Shown here in pieces: positions 41,067 to 54,200 of a stretch of DNA of 64,000 bases. Every line of letters starts with the position of its first letter. The stretch's first letter is position 1. A program made the translations under genes and the position numbers. The notes beneath the pieces are model-generated. The model was not told the origin of the DNA and made no database searches. It saw nothing but the letters and a program-made list of their open reading frames with translations. Origin of the DNA: Auanema rhodensis (taxonomy: Eukaryota > Animalia > Nematoda); assembly GCA_964057225.1 (NCBI GenBank), contig OZ059899.1:20956001-21020000 (forward strand), in the 5' to 3' direction.

Positions 41067-43523
41067 CCTGAAGAATTAATTTTTTCGTTGAATAACATTG
41101 TCCATCGTCTTTCCCTTGAAAAAAGGAATCTAAAAACATCTACTTTTTGCTAAATTATTTTGAAATTTTTCGAAAAAATTTTTGTCAAAATGTTTTTGGA
41201 AGCAATGTTGAGTGTACATGGAAACTCAACATACACTAAGGCATCATTTTTCAAACGATCATAACTAATTTTTGTATTAAGCGTTTCTCATTGTAATATA
41301 GTGCATTCGATGCGGATTTTTAAGCTGCGTCGATCTGTGTTATCAGATTTGCGCTAGCTTAAAAATGCACCGAGATATCAACTGATATAAGTTCACACTT
41401 ATATCCTCGATTTTCACCCTGAAGAATTAATTTTTTCGTTGAATAACATTGTCCATCGTCTTTGCCTTGAAAAAAGAAATCTAAAAACATCTACTTTTTG
41501 CTAAATTATTTTGAAATTTTTCGAAAAAATTTTTGTCAAAATGTTTTTGGAAGCAATGTTGAGTGTACATGGAAACTCAACATACACTAATGCATCATTT
41601 TTCAAACGATCATAACTAATTTTTGTATTAACCGTTTCTCAATGTAGTATAGTGCATTCGATGCGGATTTTTAAGCTGCGTCGATCTGTGTTATCAGATT
41701 TGCGCTAGCTTAAAAATGCACCGAGATATCAACTGATATAAGTTCACACTTATATCCTCGATTTTCACCCTGAAGAATTAATTTTTTCGTTGAATAACAT
41801 TGTCCATCGTCTTTCCCTTGAAAAAAGGAATCTAAAAACATCTACTTTTTGCTAAATTATTTTGAAATTTTTCGAAAAAATTTTTGTCAAAATGTTTTTG
41901 GAAGCAATGTTGAGTGTACATGGAAACTCAACATACACTAAGGCATCATTTTTCAAACGATCATAACTAATTTTTGTATTAAGCGTTTCTCAATGTAGTA
42001 TAGTACATTCGATGCGGATTTTCAAGCTGCGTCGATCTGTGTTATCAGATTTGCGCTAGCTTAAAAATGCACCGAGATATCAACTGATATAAGTTCACAC
42101 TTATATCCTCGATTTTCACCCTGAAGAATTAATTTTTTCGTTGAATAAAATTGTTCATCGTCTTTACCTTGAAAAAAGGAATCTAAAAACATCTACTTTT
42201 TGCTAAATTATTCTGAAATTTTTCGAAAAAATTTTTGTCAAAATGTTTTTGGAAGCAATGTTGAGTGTACATGGAAACTCAACATACACTAATGCATCAT
42301 TTTTCAAACGATCATAACTAATTTTTGTATTAAGCGTTTCTCAATGTAGTATAGTACATTCGATGCGGATTTTCAAGCTGCGTCGATCTGTGTTATCAGA
42401 TTTGCGCTAGCTTAAAAATGCACCAAGATATCAACTGATATAAGTTCACACTTATATCCTCGATTTTCACCCTGAAGAATTAATTTTTTCGTTGAATAAC
42501 ATTGTTCATCGTCTTTGCCTTGAAAAAAGGAATCTAAAAACATCTACTTTTTGCTAAATTATTCTGAAATTTTTCGAAAAAATTTTTGTCAAAATGTTTT
42601 TGGAAGCAATGTTGAGTGTACATGGAAACTCAACATACACTAATGCATCATTTTTCAAACGATCATTACTAATTTTTGTATTAAGCGTTTCTCAATGTAG
42701 TATAGTGCATTCAATGCAGATTTTTAAGCTGCGTCGATCTGTGTTATCAGATTTGCGCTAGCTTAAAAATGCACCGAGATATCAACTGATATAAGTTCAC
42801 ACTTATATCCTCGATTTTCACCCTGAAGAATTAATTTTTTCGTTGAATAACATTGTCCATCGTCTTTGCCTTGAAAAAAGGAATCTAAAAACATCTACTT
42901 TTTGCTAAATTATTTTGAAATTTTTTGAAAAAATTTTTGTCAAAATGTTTTTGGAAGCAATGTTGAGTGTACATGGAAACTCAACATACACTAATGCATC
43001 ATTTTTCAAACGATCATAACTAATTTTTGTATTAAGCGTTTCTCAATGTAGTATAGTGCATTCGATGCGGATTTTTAAGCTGCGTCGATCTGTGTTATCA
43101 TATTTGCGCTAGCTTAATAATGCACCGAGATATCAACTGATATAAGTTCACACTTATATCCTCAATTTTCACCCTGAAGAATTAATTTTTTCGTTGAATA
43201 ACATTGTTCATCGTCTTTGCCTTGAAAAAAGAAATCTAAAAACATCTACTTTTTGCTAAATTATTCTGAAATTTTTCGAAAAAATTTTTGTCAAAATGTT
43301 TTTGGAAGCAATGTTGAGTGTACATGGAAACTCAACATACACTAATGCATCATTTTTCAAACGATCATAACTAATTTTTGTATTAAGCGTTTCTCAATGT
43401 AGTATAGTGCATTCGATGCAGATTTTTAAGCTGCGTCGATCTGTGTTATCAGATTTGCGCTAGCTTAAAAATGCACCGAGATATCAACTGATATAAGTTC
43501 ACACTTATATCCTCGATTTTCAC
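39312..43523. repeat. Five-monomer block repeated at a 7-monomer offset (2457 bp)
   Basis: The series ttccc/taagg, aaatt/ttacc/ccaag, caatgcag, catat/taata, gaaa/gcag occupies 39312-41066 and again 41769-43523. Confidence 0.88.
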
Positions 43524-46500
43524 CCTGAAGAATTAATTTTTTCGTTGAATAACATTGTCCATCGTCTTTGCCTTGAAAAAAGGAATCTAAAAACATCTAC
43601 TTTTTGCTAAATTATTTTGAAATTTTTTGAAAAAATTTTTGTCAAAATGTTTTTGGAAGCAATGTTGAGTGTACATGGAAACTCAACATACACTAATGCA
43701 TCATTTTTCAAACGATCATAACTAATTTTTGTATTAAGCGTTTCTCAATGTAGTATAGTGCATTCGATGCGGATTTTTAAGCTGCGTCGATCTGTGTTAT
43801 CATATTTGCGCTAGCTTAATAATGCACCGAGATATCAACTGATATAAGTTCACACTTATATCCTCAATTTTCACCCTGAAGAATTAATTTTTTCGTTGAA
43901 TAACATTGTTCATCGTCTTTGCCTTGAAAAAAGGAATCTAAAAACATCTACTTTTTGCTAAATTATTCTGAAATTTTTCGAAAAAATTTTTGTCAAAATG
44001 TTTTTGGAAGCAATGTTGAGTGTACATGGAAACTCAACATACACTAATGCATCATTTTTCAAACGATCATAACTAATTTTTGTATTAAGCGTTTCTCAAT
44101 GTAGTATAGTGCATTCAATGCAGATTTTTAAGCTGCGTCGATCTGTGTTATCAGATTTGCGCTAGCTTAAAAATGCACCGAGATATCAACTGATATAAGT
44201 TCACACTTATATCCTCGATTTTCACCCTGAAGAATTAATTTTTTCGTTGAATAACATTGTCCATCGTCTTTGCCTTGAAAAAAGGAATCTAAAAACATCT
44301 ACTTTTTGCTAAATTATTTTGAAATTTTTCGAAAAAATTTTTGTCAAAATGTTTTTGGAAGCAATGTTGAGTGTACATGGAAACTCAACATACACTAATG
44401 CATCATTTTTCAAACGATCATAACTAATTTTTGTATTAAGCGTTTCTCATTGTAATATAGTGCATTCGATGCGGATTTTTAAGCTGCGTCGATCTGTGTT
44501 ATCAGATTTGCGCTAGCTTAAAAATGCACCGAGATATCAACTGATATAAGTTCACACTTATATCCTCGATTTTCACCCTGAAGAATTAATTTTTTCGTTG
44601 AATAACATTGTTCATCGTCTTTGCCTTGAAAAAAGGAATCTAAAAACATCTACTTTTTGCTAAATTATTTTGAAATTTTTCGAAAAAATTTTTGTCAAAA
44701 TGTTTTTGGAAGCAATGTTGAGTGTACATGGAAACTCAACATACACTAATGCATCATTTTTCAAATGATCATAACTAATTATTGTATCAAGCGTTTCTCA
44801 ATGTAATATAGTGCATTCGATGCGGATTTTTAAGTTGCGTCGATCTGTGTTATCAGATTTGCGCTAGCTTAAAAATGCACCTAGATATCAACTGATATAA
44901 GTTCACACTTATATCCTCGATTTTCACCCTGAAGAATTAATTTTTTCGTTGATTAACATTGTCCATCGTCTTTGCCTCGAAAAAAGGAATCTAAAAACAT
45001 CTACGTTCCGCTAAATTATTTTGAAATTTTTCGAAAAAATTTTTGTCAAAATGTTTTTGGAAGCAATGTTGAGTGTACATGGAAACTCAACATACACTAA
45101 TGCATCATTTTTCAAATGATCATAACTAATTATTGTATCAAGCGTTTCTCAATGTAATATAGTGCATTCGATGCGGATTTTTAAGTTGCGTCGATCTGTG
45201 TTATCAGATTTGCGCTAGCTTAAAAATGCACCTAGATATCAACTGATATAAGTTCACACTTATATCCTCGATTTTCACCCTGAAGAATTAATTTTTTCGT
45301 TGAATAACATTGTCCATCGTCTTTGCCTTGAAAAAAGGAATCTAAAAACATCTACTTTTTGCTAAATTATTTTGAAATTTTTCGAAAAAATTTTTGTCAA
45401 AATGTTTTTGGAAGCAATGTTGAGTGTACATGGAAACTCAACATACACTAATGCATCATTTTTCAAATGATCATAACTAATTATTGTATCAAGCGTTTCT
45501 CAATGTAATATAGTGCATTCGATGCGGATTTTTAAGTTGCGTCGATCTGTGTTATCAGATTTGCGCTAGCTTAAAAATGCACCTAGATATCAACTGATAT
45601 AAGTTCACACTTATATCCTCGATTTTCACCCTGAAGAATTAATTTTTTCGTTGAATAACATTGTCCATCGTCTTTGCCTTGAAAAAAGAAATCTAAAAAC
45701 ATCTACTTTTTGCTAAATTATTTTGAAATTTTTCGAAAAAATTTTTGTCAAAATGTTTTTGGAAGCAATGTTGAGTGTACATGGAAACTCAACATACACT
45801 AATGCATCATTTTTCAAACGATCATAACTAATTTTTGTATTAAGCGTTTCTCAATGTAGTATAGTGCATTCAATGCAGATTTTTAAGCTGCGTCGATCTG
45901 TGTTATCAGATTTGCGCTAGCTTAAAAATGCACCGAGATATCAACTGATATAAGTTCACACTTATATCCTCGATTTTCACCCTGAAGAATTAATTTTTTC
46001 GTTGAATAACATTGTCCATCGTCTTTGCCTTGAAAAAAGGAATCTAAAAACATCTACTTTTTGCTAAATTATTTTGAAATTTTTCGAAAAAATTTTTGTC
46101 AAAATGTTTTTGGAAGCAATGTTGAGTGTACATGGAAACTCAACATACACTAATGCATCATTTTTCAAACGATCATAACTAATTTTTGTATTAAGCGTTT
46201 CTCATTGTAATATAGTGCATTCGATGCGGATTTTTAAGCTGCGTCGATCTGTGTTATCAGATTTGCGCTAGCTTAAAAATGCACCGAGATATCAACTGAT
46301 ATAAGTTCACACTTATATCCTCGATTTTCACCCTGAAGAATTAATTTTTTCGTTGATTAACATTGTCCATCGTCTTTGCCTCGAAAAAAGGAATCTAAAA
46401 ACATCTACGTTTCGCTAAATTATTTTGAAATTTTTCGAAAAAATTTTTGTCAAAATGTTTTTGGAAGCAATGTTGAGTGTACATGGAAACTCAACATACA

Positions 46501-49500
46501 CTAATGCATCATTTTTCAAATGATCATAACTAATTATTGTATCAAGCGTTTCTCAATGTAATATAGTGCATTCGATGCGGATTTTTAAGTTGCGTCGATC
46601 TGTGTTATCAGATTTGCGCTAGCTTAAAAATGCACCTAGATATCAACTGATATAAGTTCACACTTATATCCTCGATTTTCACCCTGAAGAATTAATTTTT
46701 TCGTTGATTAACATTGTCCATCGTCTTTGCCTCGAAAAAAGGAATCTAAAAACATCTACGTTCCGCTAAATTATTTTGAAATTTTTCGAAAAAATTTTTG
46801 TCAAAATGTTTTTGGAAGCAATGTTGAGTGTACATGGAAACTCAACATACACTAATGCATCATTTTTCAAATGATCATAACTAATTATTGTATCAAGCGT
46901 TTCTCAATGTAATATAGTGCATTCGATGCGGATTTTTAAGTTGCGTCGATCTGTGTTATCAGATTTGCGCTAGCTTAAAAATGCACCTAGATATCAACTG
47001 ATATAAGTTCACACTTATATCCTCGATTTTCACCCTGAAGAATTAATTTTTTCGTTGAATAACATTGTCCATCGTCTTTGCCTTGAAAAAAGGAATCTAA
47101 AAACATCTACTTTTTGCTAAATTATTTTGAAATTTTTCGAAAAAATTTTTGTCAAAATGTTTTTGGAAGCAATGTTGAGTGTACATGGAAACTCAACATA
47201 CACTAATGCATCATTTTTCAAATGATCATAACTAATTATTGTATCAAGCGTTTCTCAATGTAATATAGTGCATTCGATGCGGATTTTTAAGTTGCGTCGA
47301 TCTGTGTTATCAGATTTGCGCTAGCTTAAAAATGCACCTAGATATCAACTGATATAAGTTCACACTTATATCCTCGATTTTCACCCTGAAGAATTAATTT
47401 TTTCGTTGAATAACATTGTCCATCGTCTTTGCCTTGAAAAAAGAAATCTAAAAACATCTACTTTTTGCTAAATTATTTTGAAATTTTTCGAAAAAATTTT
47501 TGTCAAAATGTTTTTGGAAGCAATGTTGAGTGTACATGGAAACTCAACATACACTAATGCATCATTTTTCAAACGATCATAACTAATTTTTGTATTAACC
47601 GTTTCTCAATGTAGTATAGTGCATTCGATGCGGATTTTTAAGCTGCGTCGATCTGTGTTATCAGATTTGCGCTAGCTTAAAAATGCACCTAGATATCAAC
47701 TGATATAAGTTCACACTTATATCCTCGATTTTCACCCTGAAGAATTAATTTTTTCGTTGATTAACATTGTCCATCGTCTTTGCCTCGAAAAAAGGAATCT
47801 AAAAACATCTACGTTTCGCTAAATTATTTTGAAATTTTTCGAAAAAATTTTTGTCAAAATGTTTTTGGAAGCAATGTTGAGTGTACATGGAAACTCAACA
47901 TACACTAATGCATCATTTTTCAAATGATCATAACTAATTATTGTATCAAGCGTTTCTCAATGTAATATAGTGCATTCGATGCGGATTTTTAAGCTGCGTC
48001 GATCTGTGTTATCAGATTTGCGCTAGCTTAAAAATGCACCGAGATATCAACTGATATAAGTTCACACTTATATCCTCGATTTTCACCCTGAAGAATTAAT
48101 TTTTTCGTTGATTAACATTGTCCATCGTCTTTGCCTCGAAAAAAGGAATCTAAAAACATCTACGTTTCGCTAAATTATTTTGAAATTTTTCGAAAAAATT
48201 TTTGTCAAAATGTTTTTGGAAGCAATGTTGAGTGTACATGGAAACTCAACATACACTAATGCATCATTTTTCAAATGATCATAACTAATTATTGTATCAA
48301 GCGTTTCTCAATGTAATATAGTGCATTCGATGCGGATTTTTAAGTTGCGTCGATCTGTGTTATCAGATTTGCGCTAGCTTAAAAATGCACCTAGATATCA
48401 ACTGATATAAGTTCACACTTATATCCTCGATTTTCACCCTGAAGAATTAATTTTTTCATTGAATAACATTGTCCATCGTCTTTGCCTTGAAAAAAGGAAT
48501 CTAAAAACATCTACTTTTTGCTAAATTATTTTGAAATTTTTCGAAAAAATTTTTGTCAAAATGTTTTTGGAAGCAATGTTGAGTGTACATGGAAACTCAA
48601 CATACACTAATGCATCATTTTTCAAACGATCATAACTGATTTTTGTATTAAGCGTTTCTCATTGTAATATAGTGCATTCGATGCGGATTTTTAAGCTGCG
48701 TCGATCTGTGTTATCAGATTTGCGCTAGCTTAAAAATGCACCGAGATATCAACTTATATAAGTTCACACATATATCCTCGATTTTCACCCTGAAGAATTA
48801 ATTTTTTCGTTGAATAACGTTGTCCATCGTCTTTGCCTTGAAAAAAGGAATCTAAAAACATCTAATTTTTGCTAAATTATTTTGAAATTTTTCGAAAAAA
48901 TTTTTGTCAAAATGTTTTTGGAAGCAATGTTGAGTGTACATGGAAACTCAACATACACTAATGCATCATTTTTCAAACGATCATAACTAATTTTTGTATT
49001 AAGCGTTTCTCAAAGTAGTATAGTGCATTCGATGCGGATTTTTAAGCTGCGTCGATCTGTGTTATCAGATTTGCGCTAGCTTAAAAATGCACCGAGATAT
49101 CAACTGATATAAGTTCACACTTATATCCTCGATTTTCACCCTGAAGAATTAATTTTTTCGTTGATTAACATTGTCCATCGTCTTTGCCTCGAAAAAAGGA
49201 ATCTAAAAACATCTACGTTTCGCTAAATTATTTTGAAATTTTTCGAAAAAATTTTTGTCAAAATGTTTTTGGAAGCAATGTTGAGTGTACATGGAAACTC
49301 AACATACACTAATGCATCATTTTTCAAATGATCATAACTAATTATTGTATCAAGCGTTTCTCAATGTAATATAGTGCATTCGATGCGGATTTTTAAGTTG
49401 CGTCGATCTGTGTTATCAGATTTGCGCTAGCTTAAAAATGCACCTAGATATCAACTGATATAAGTTCACACTTATATCCTCGATTTTCACCCTGAAGAAT

Positions 49501-51245
49501 TATTTTTTTCGTTGAATAACATCGTCCATCGTCTTTGCCTTGAAAAAAGGAATCTAAAAACATCTACTTTTTGCTAAATTATTTTGAAATTTTTCGAAAA
49601 AATTTTTGTCAAAATGTTTTTGGAAGCAATGTTGAGTGTACATGGAAACTCAACATACACTAATGCATCATTTTTCAAACGATCATAACTGATTTTTGTA
49701 TTAAGCGTTTCTCATTGTAATATAGTGCATTCGATGCGGATTTTTAAGCTGCGTCGATCTGTGTTATCAGATTTGCGCTAGCTTAAAAATGCACCGAGAT
49801 ATCAACTGATATAAGTTCACACTTATATCCTCGATTTTCACCCTGAAGAATTAATTTTTTCGTTGAATAACATTGTCCATCGTCTTTGCCTTGAAAAAAG
49901 GAATCTAAAAACATCTACTTTTTGCTAAATTATTTTGAAATTGTTCGAAAAAAGTTTTGTCAAAATGTTTTTGGAAGCAATGTTGAGTGTACATGGAAAC
50001 TCAACATACACTAATGCATCATTTTTCAAACGATCATAACTAATTTTTGTATTAAGCGTTTCTCATTGTAATATAGTGCATTCGATGCGGATTTTTAAGC
50101 TGCGTCGATCTGTGTTATCAGATTTGCGCTAGCTTAAAAATGCACCGAGATATCAACTGATATAAGTTCACACTTATATCCTCGATTTTCACCCTGAAGA
50201 ATTAATTTTTTCGTTGATTAACATTGTCCATCGTCTTTGCCTCGAAAAAAGGAATCTAAAAACATCTACGTTCCGCTAAATTATTTTGAAATTTTTCGAA
50301 AAAATTTTTGTCAAAATGTTTTTGGAAGCAATGTTGAGTGTACATGGAAACTCAACATACACTAATGCATCATTTTTCAAATGATCATAACTAATTATTG
50401 TATCAAGCGTTTCTCAATGTAATATAGTGCATTCGATGCGGATTTTTAAGTTGCGTCGATCTGTGTTATCAGATTTGCGCTAGCTTAAAAATGCACCTAG
50501 ATATCAACTGATATAAGTTCACACTTATATCCTCGATTTTCACCCTGAAGAATTAATTTTTTCGTTGATTAACATTGTCCATCGTCTTTGCCTCGAAAAA
50601 AGGAATCTAAAAACATCTACTTTTTGCTAAATTATTTTGAAATTTTTCGAAAAAATTTTTGTCAAAATGTTTTTGGAAGCAATGTTGAGTGTACATGGAA
50701 ACTCAACATACACTAATGCATCATTTTTCAAATGATCATAACTAATTATTGTATCAAGCGTTTCTCAATGTAATATAGTGCATTCGATGCGGATTTTTAA
50801 GTTGCGTCGATCTGTGTTATCAGATTTGCGCTAGCTTAAAAATGCACCTAGATATCAACTGATATAAGTTCACACTTATATCCTCGATTTTCACCCTGAA
50901 GAATTAATTTTTTCGTTGAATAACATTGTCCATCGTCTTTGCCTTGAAAAAAGGAATCTAAAAACATCTACTTTTTGCTAAATTATTTTGAAATTTTTCG
51001 AAAAAATTTTTGTCAAAATGTTTTTGGAAGCAATGTTGAGTGTACATGGAAACTCAACATACACTAATGCATCATTTTTCAAATGATCATAACTAATTAT
51101 TGTATCAAGCGTTTCTCAATGTAATATAGTGCATTCGATGCGGATTTTTAAGTTGCGTCGATCTGTGTTATCAGATTTGCGCTAGCTTAAAAATGCACCT
51201 AGATATCAACTGATATAAGTTCACACTTATATCCTCGATTTTCAC

Positions 51246-54200
51246 CCTGAAGAATTAATTTTTTCGTTGAATAACATTGTCCATCGTCTTTGCCTTGAAA
51301 AAAGAAATCTAAAAACATCTACTTTTTGCTAAATTATTTTGAAATTTTTCGAAAAAATTTTTGTCAAAATGTTTTTGGAAGCAATGTTGAGTGTACATGG
51401 AAACTCAACATACACTAATGCATCATTTTTCAAACGATCATAACTAATTTTTGTATTAACCGTTTCTCAATGTAGTATAGTGCATTCGATGCGGATTTTT
51501 AAGCTGCGTCGATCTGTGTTATCAGATTTGCGCTAGCTTAAAAATGCACCTAGATATCAACTGATATAAGTTCACACTTATATCCTCGATTTTCACCCTG
51601 AAGAATTAATTTTTTCGTTGATTAACATTGTCCATCGTCTTTGCCTCGAAAAAAGGAATCTAAAAACATCTACGTTTCGCTAAATTATTTTGAAATTTTT
51701 CGAAAAAATTTTTGTCAAAATGTTTTTGGAAGCAATGTTGAGTGTACATGGAAACTCAACATACACTAATGCATCATTTTTCAAATGATCATAACTAATT
51801 ATTGTATCAAGCGTTTCTCAATGTAATATAGTGCATTCGATGCGGATTTTTAAGTTGCGTCGATCTGTGTTATCAGATTTGCGCTAGCTTAAAAATGCAC
51901 CTAGATATCAACTGATATAAGTTCACACTTATATCCTCGATTTTCACCCTGAAGAATTAATTTTTTCATTGAATAACATTGTCCATCGTCTTTGCCTTGA
52001 AAAAAGGAATCTAAAAACATCTACTTTTTGCTAAATTATTTTGAAATTTTTCGAAAAAATTTTTGTCAAAATGTTTTTGGAAGCAATGTTGAGTGTACAT
52101 GGAAACTCAACATACACTAATTCATCATTTTTCAAACGATCATAACTAATTTTTGTATTAAGCGTTTTTCAATGTAGTACAGTGCATTCGATGCGGATTT
52201 TTAAGCTGCGTCGATCTGTGTTATCAGATTTGCGCTAGCTTAAAAATGCACCGAGATATCAACTGATATAAGTTCACACTTATATCCTCGATTTTCACCC
52301 TGAAGAATTAATTTTTTCGTTGATTAACATTGTCCATCGTCTTTGCCTCGAAAAAAGGAATCTAAAAACATCTACGTTTCGCTAAATTATTTTGAAATTT
52401 TTCGAAAAAATTTTTGTCAAAATGTTTTTGGAAGCAATGTTGAGTGTACATGGAAACTCAACATACACTAATGCATCATTTTTCAAATGATCATAACTAA
52501 TTATTGTATCAAGCGTTTCTCAATGTAATATAGTGCATTCGATGCGGATTTTTAAGTTGCGTCGATCTGTGTTATCAGATTTGCGCTAGCTTAAAAATGC
52601 ACCTAGATATCAACTGATATAAGTTCACACTTATATCCTCGATTTTCACCCTGAAGAATTATTTTTTTCGTTGAATAACATTGTCCATCGTCTTTGCCTT
52701 GAAAAAAGGAATCTAAAAACATCTACTTTTTGCTAAATTATTTTGAAATTTTTCGAAAAAATTTTTGTCAAAATGTTTTTGGAAGCAATGTTGAGTGTAC
52801 ATGGAAACTCAACATACACTAATGCATCATTTTTCAAACGATCATAACTGATTTTTGTATTAAGCGTTTCTCATTGTAATATAGTGCATTCGATGCGGAT
52901 TTTTAAGCTGCGTCGATCTGTGTTATCAGATTTGCGCTAGCTTAAAAATGCACCGAGATATCAACTGATATAAGTTCACACTTATATCCTCGATTTTCAC
53001 CCTGAAGAATTAATTTTTTCGTTGAATAACATTGTCCATCGTCTTTGCCTTGAAAAAAGGAATCTAAAAACATCTACTTTTTGCTAAATTATTTTGAAAT
53101 TGTTCGAAAAAAGTTTTGTCAAAATGTTTTTGGAAGCAATGTTGAGTGTACATGGAAACTCAACATACACTAATGCATCATTTTTCAAACGATCATAACT
53201 AATTTTTGTATTAAGCGTTTCTCATTGTAATATAGTGCATTCGATGCGGATTTTTAAGCTGCGTCGATCTGTGTTATCAGATTTGCGCTAGCTTAAAAAT
53301 GCACCGAGATATCAACTGATATAAGTTCACACTTATATCCTCGATTTTCACCCTGAAGAATTAATTTTTTCGTTGATTAACATTGTCCATCGTCTTTGCC
53401 TCGAAAAAAGGAATCTAAAAACATCTACGTTCCGCTAAATTATTTTGAAATTTTTCGAAAAAATTTTTGTCAAAATGTTTTTGGAAGCAATGTTGAGTGT
53501 ACATGGAAACTCAACATACACTAATGCATCATTTTTCAAATGATCATAACTAATTATTGTATCAAGCGTTTCTCAATGTAATATAGTGCATTCGATGCGG
53601 ATTTTTAAGTTGCGTCGATCTGTGTTATCAGATTTGCGCTAGCTTAAAAATGCACCTAGATATCAACTGATATAAGTTCACACTTATATCCTCGATTTTC
53701 ACCCTGAAGAATTAATTTTTTCGTTGAATAACATTGTCCATCGTCTTTGCCTTGAAAAAAGGAATCTAAAAACATCTACTTTTTGCTAAATTATTTTGAA
53801 ATTTTTCGAAAAAATTTTTGTCAAAATGTTTTTGGAAGCAATGTTGAGTGTACATGGAAACTCAACATACACTAATGCATCATTTTTCAAACGATCATAA
53901 CTGATTTTTGTATTAAGCGTTTCTCATTGTAATATAGTGCATTCGATGCGGATTTTTAAGCTGCGTCGATCTGTGTTATCAGATTTGCGCTAGCTTAAAA
54001 ATGCACCGAGATATCAACTTATATAAGTTCACACATATATCCTCGATTTTCACCCTGAAGAATTAATTTTTTCGTTGAATAACGTTGTCCATCGTCTTTG
54101 CCTTGAAAAAAGGAATCTAAAAACATCTAATTTTTGCTAAATTATTTTGAAATTTTTCGAAAAAATTTTTGTCAAAATGTTTTTGGAAGCAATGTTGAGT

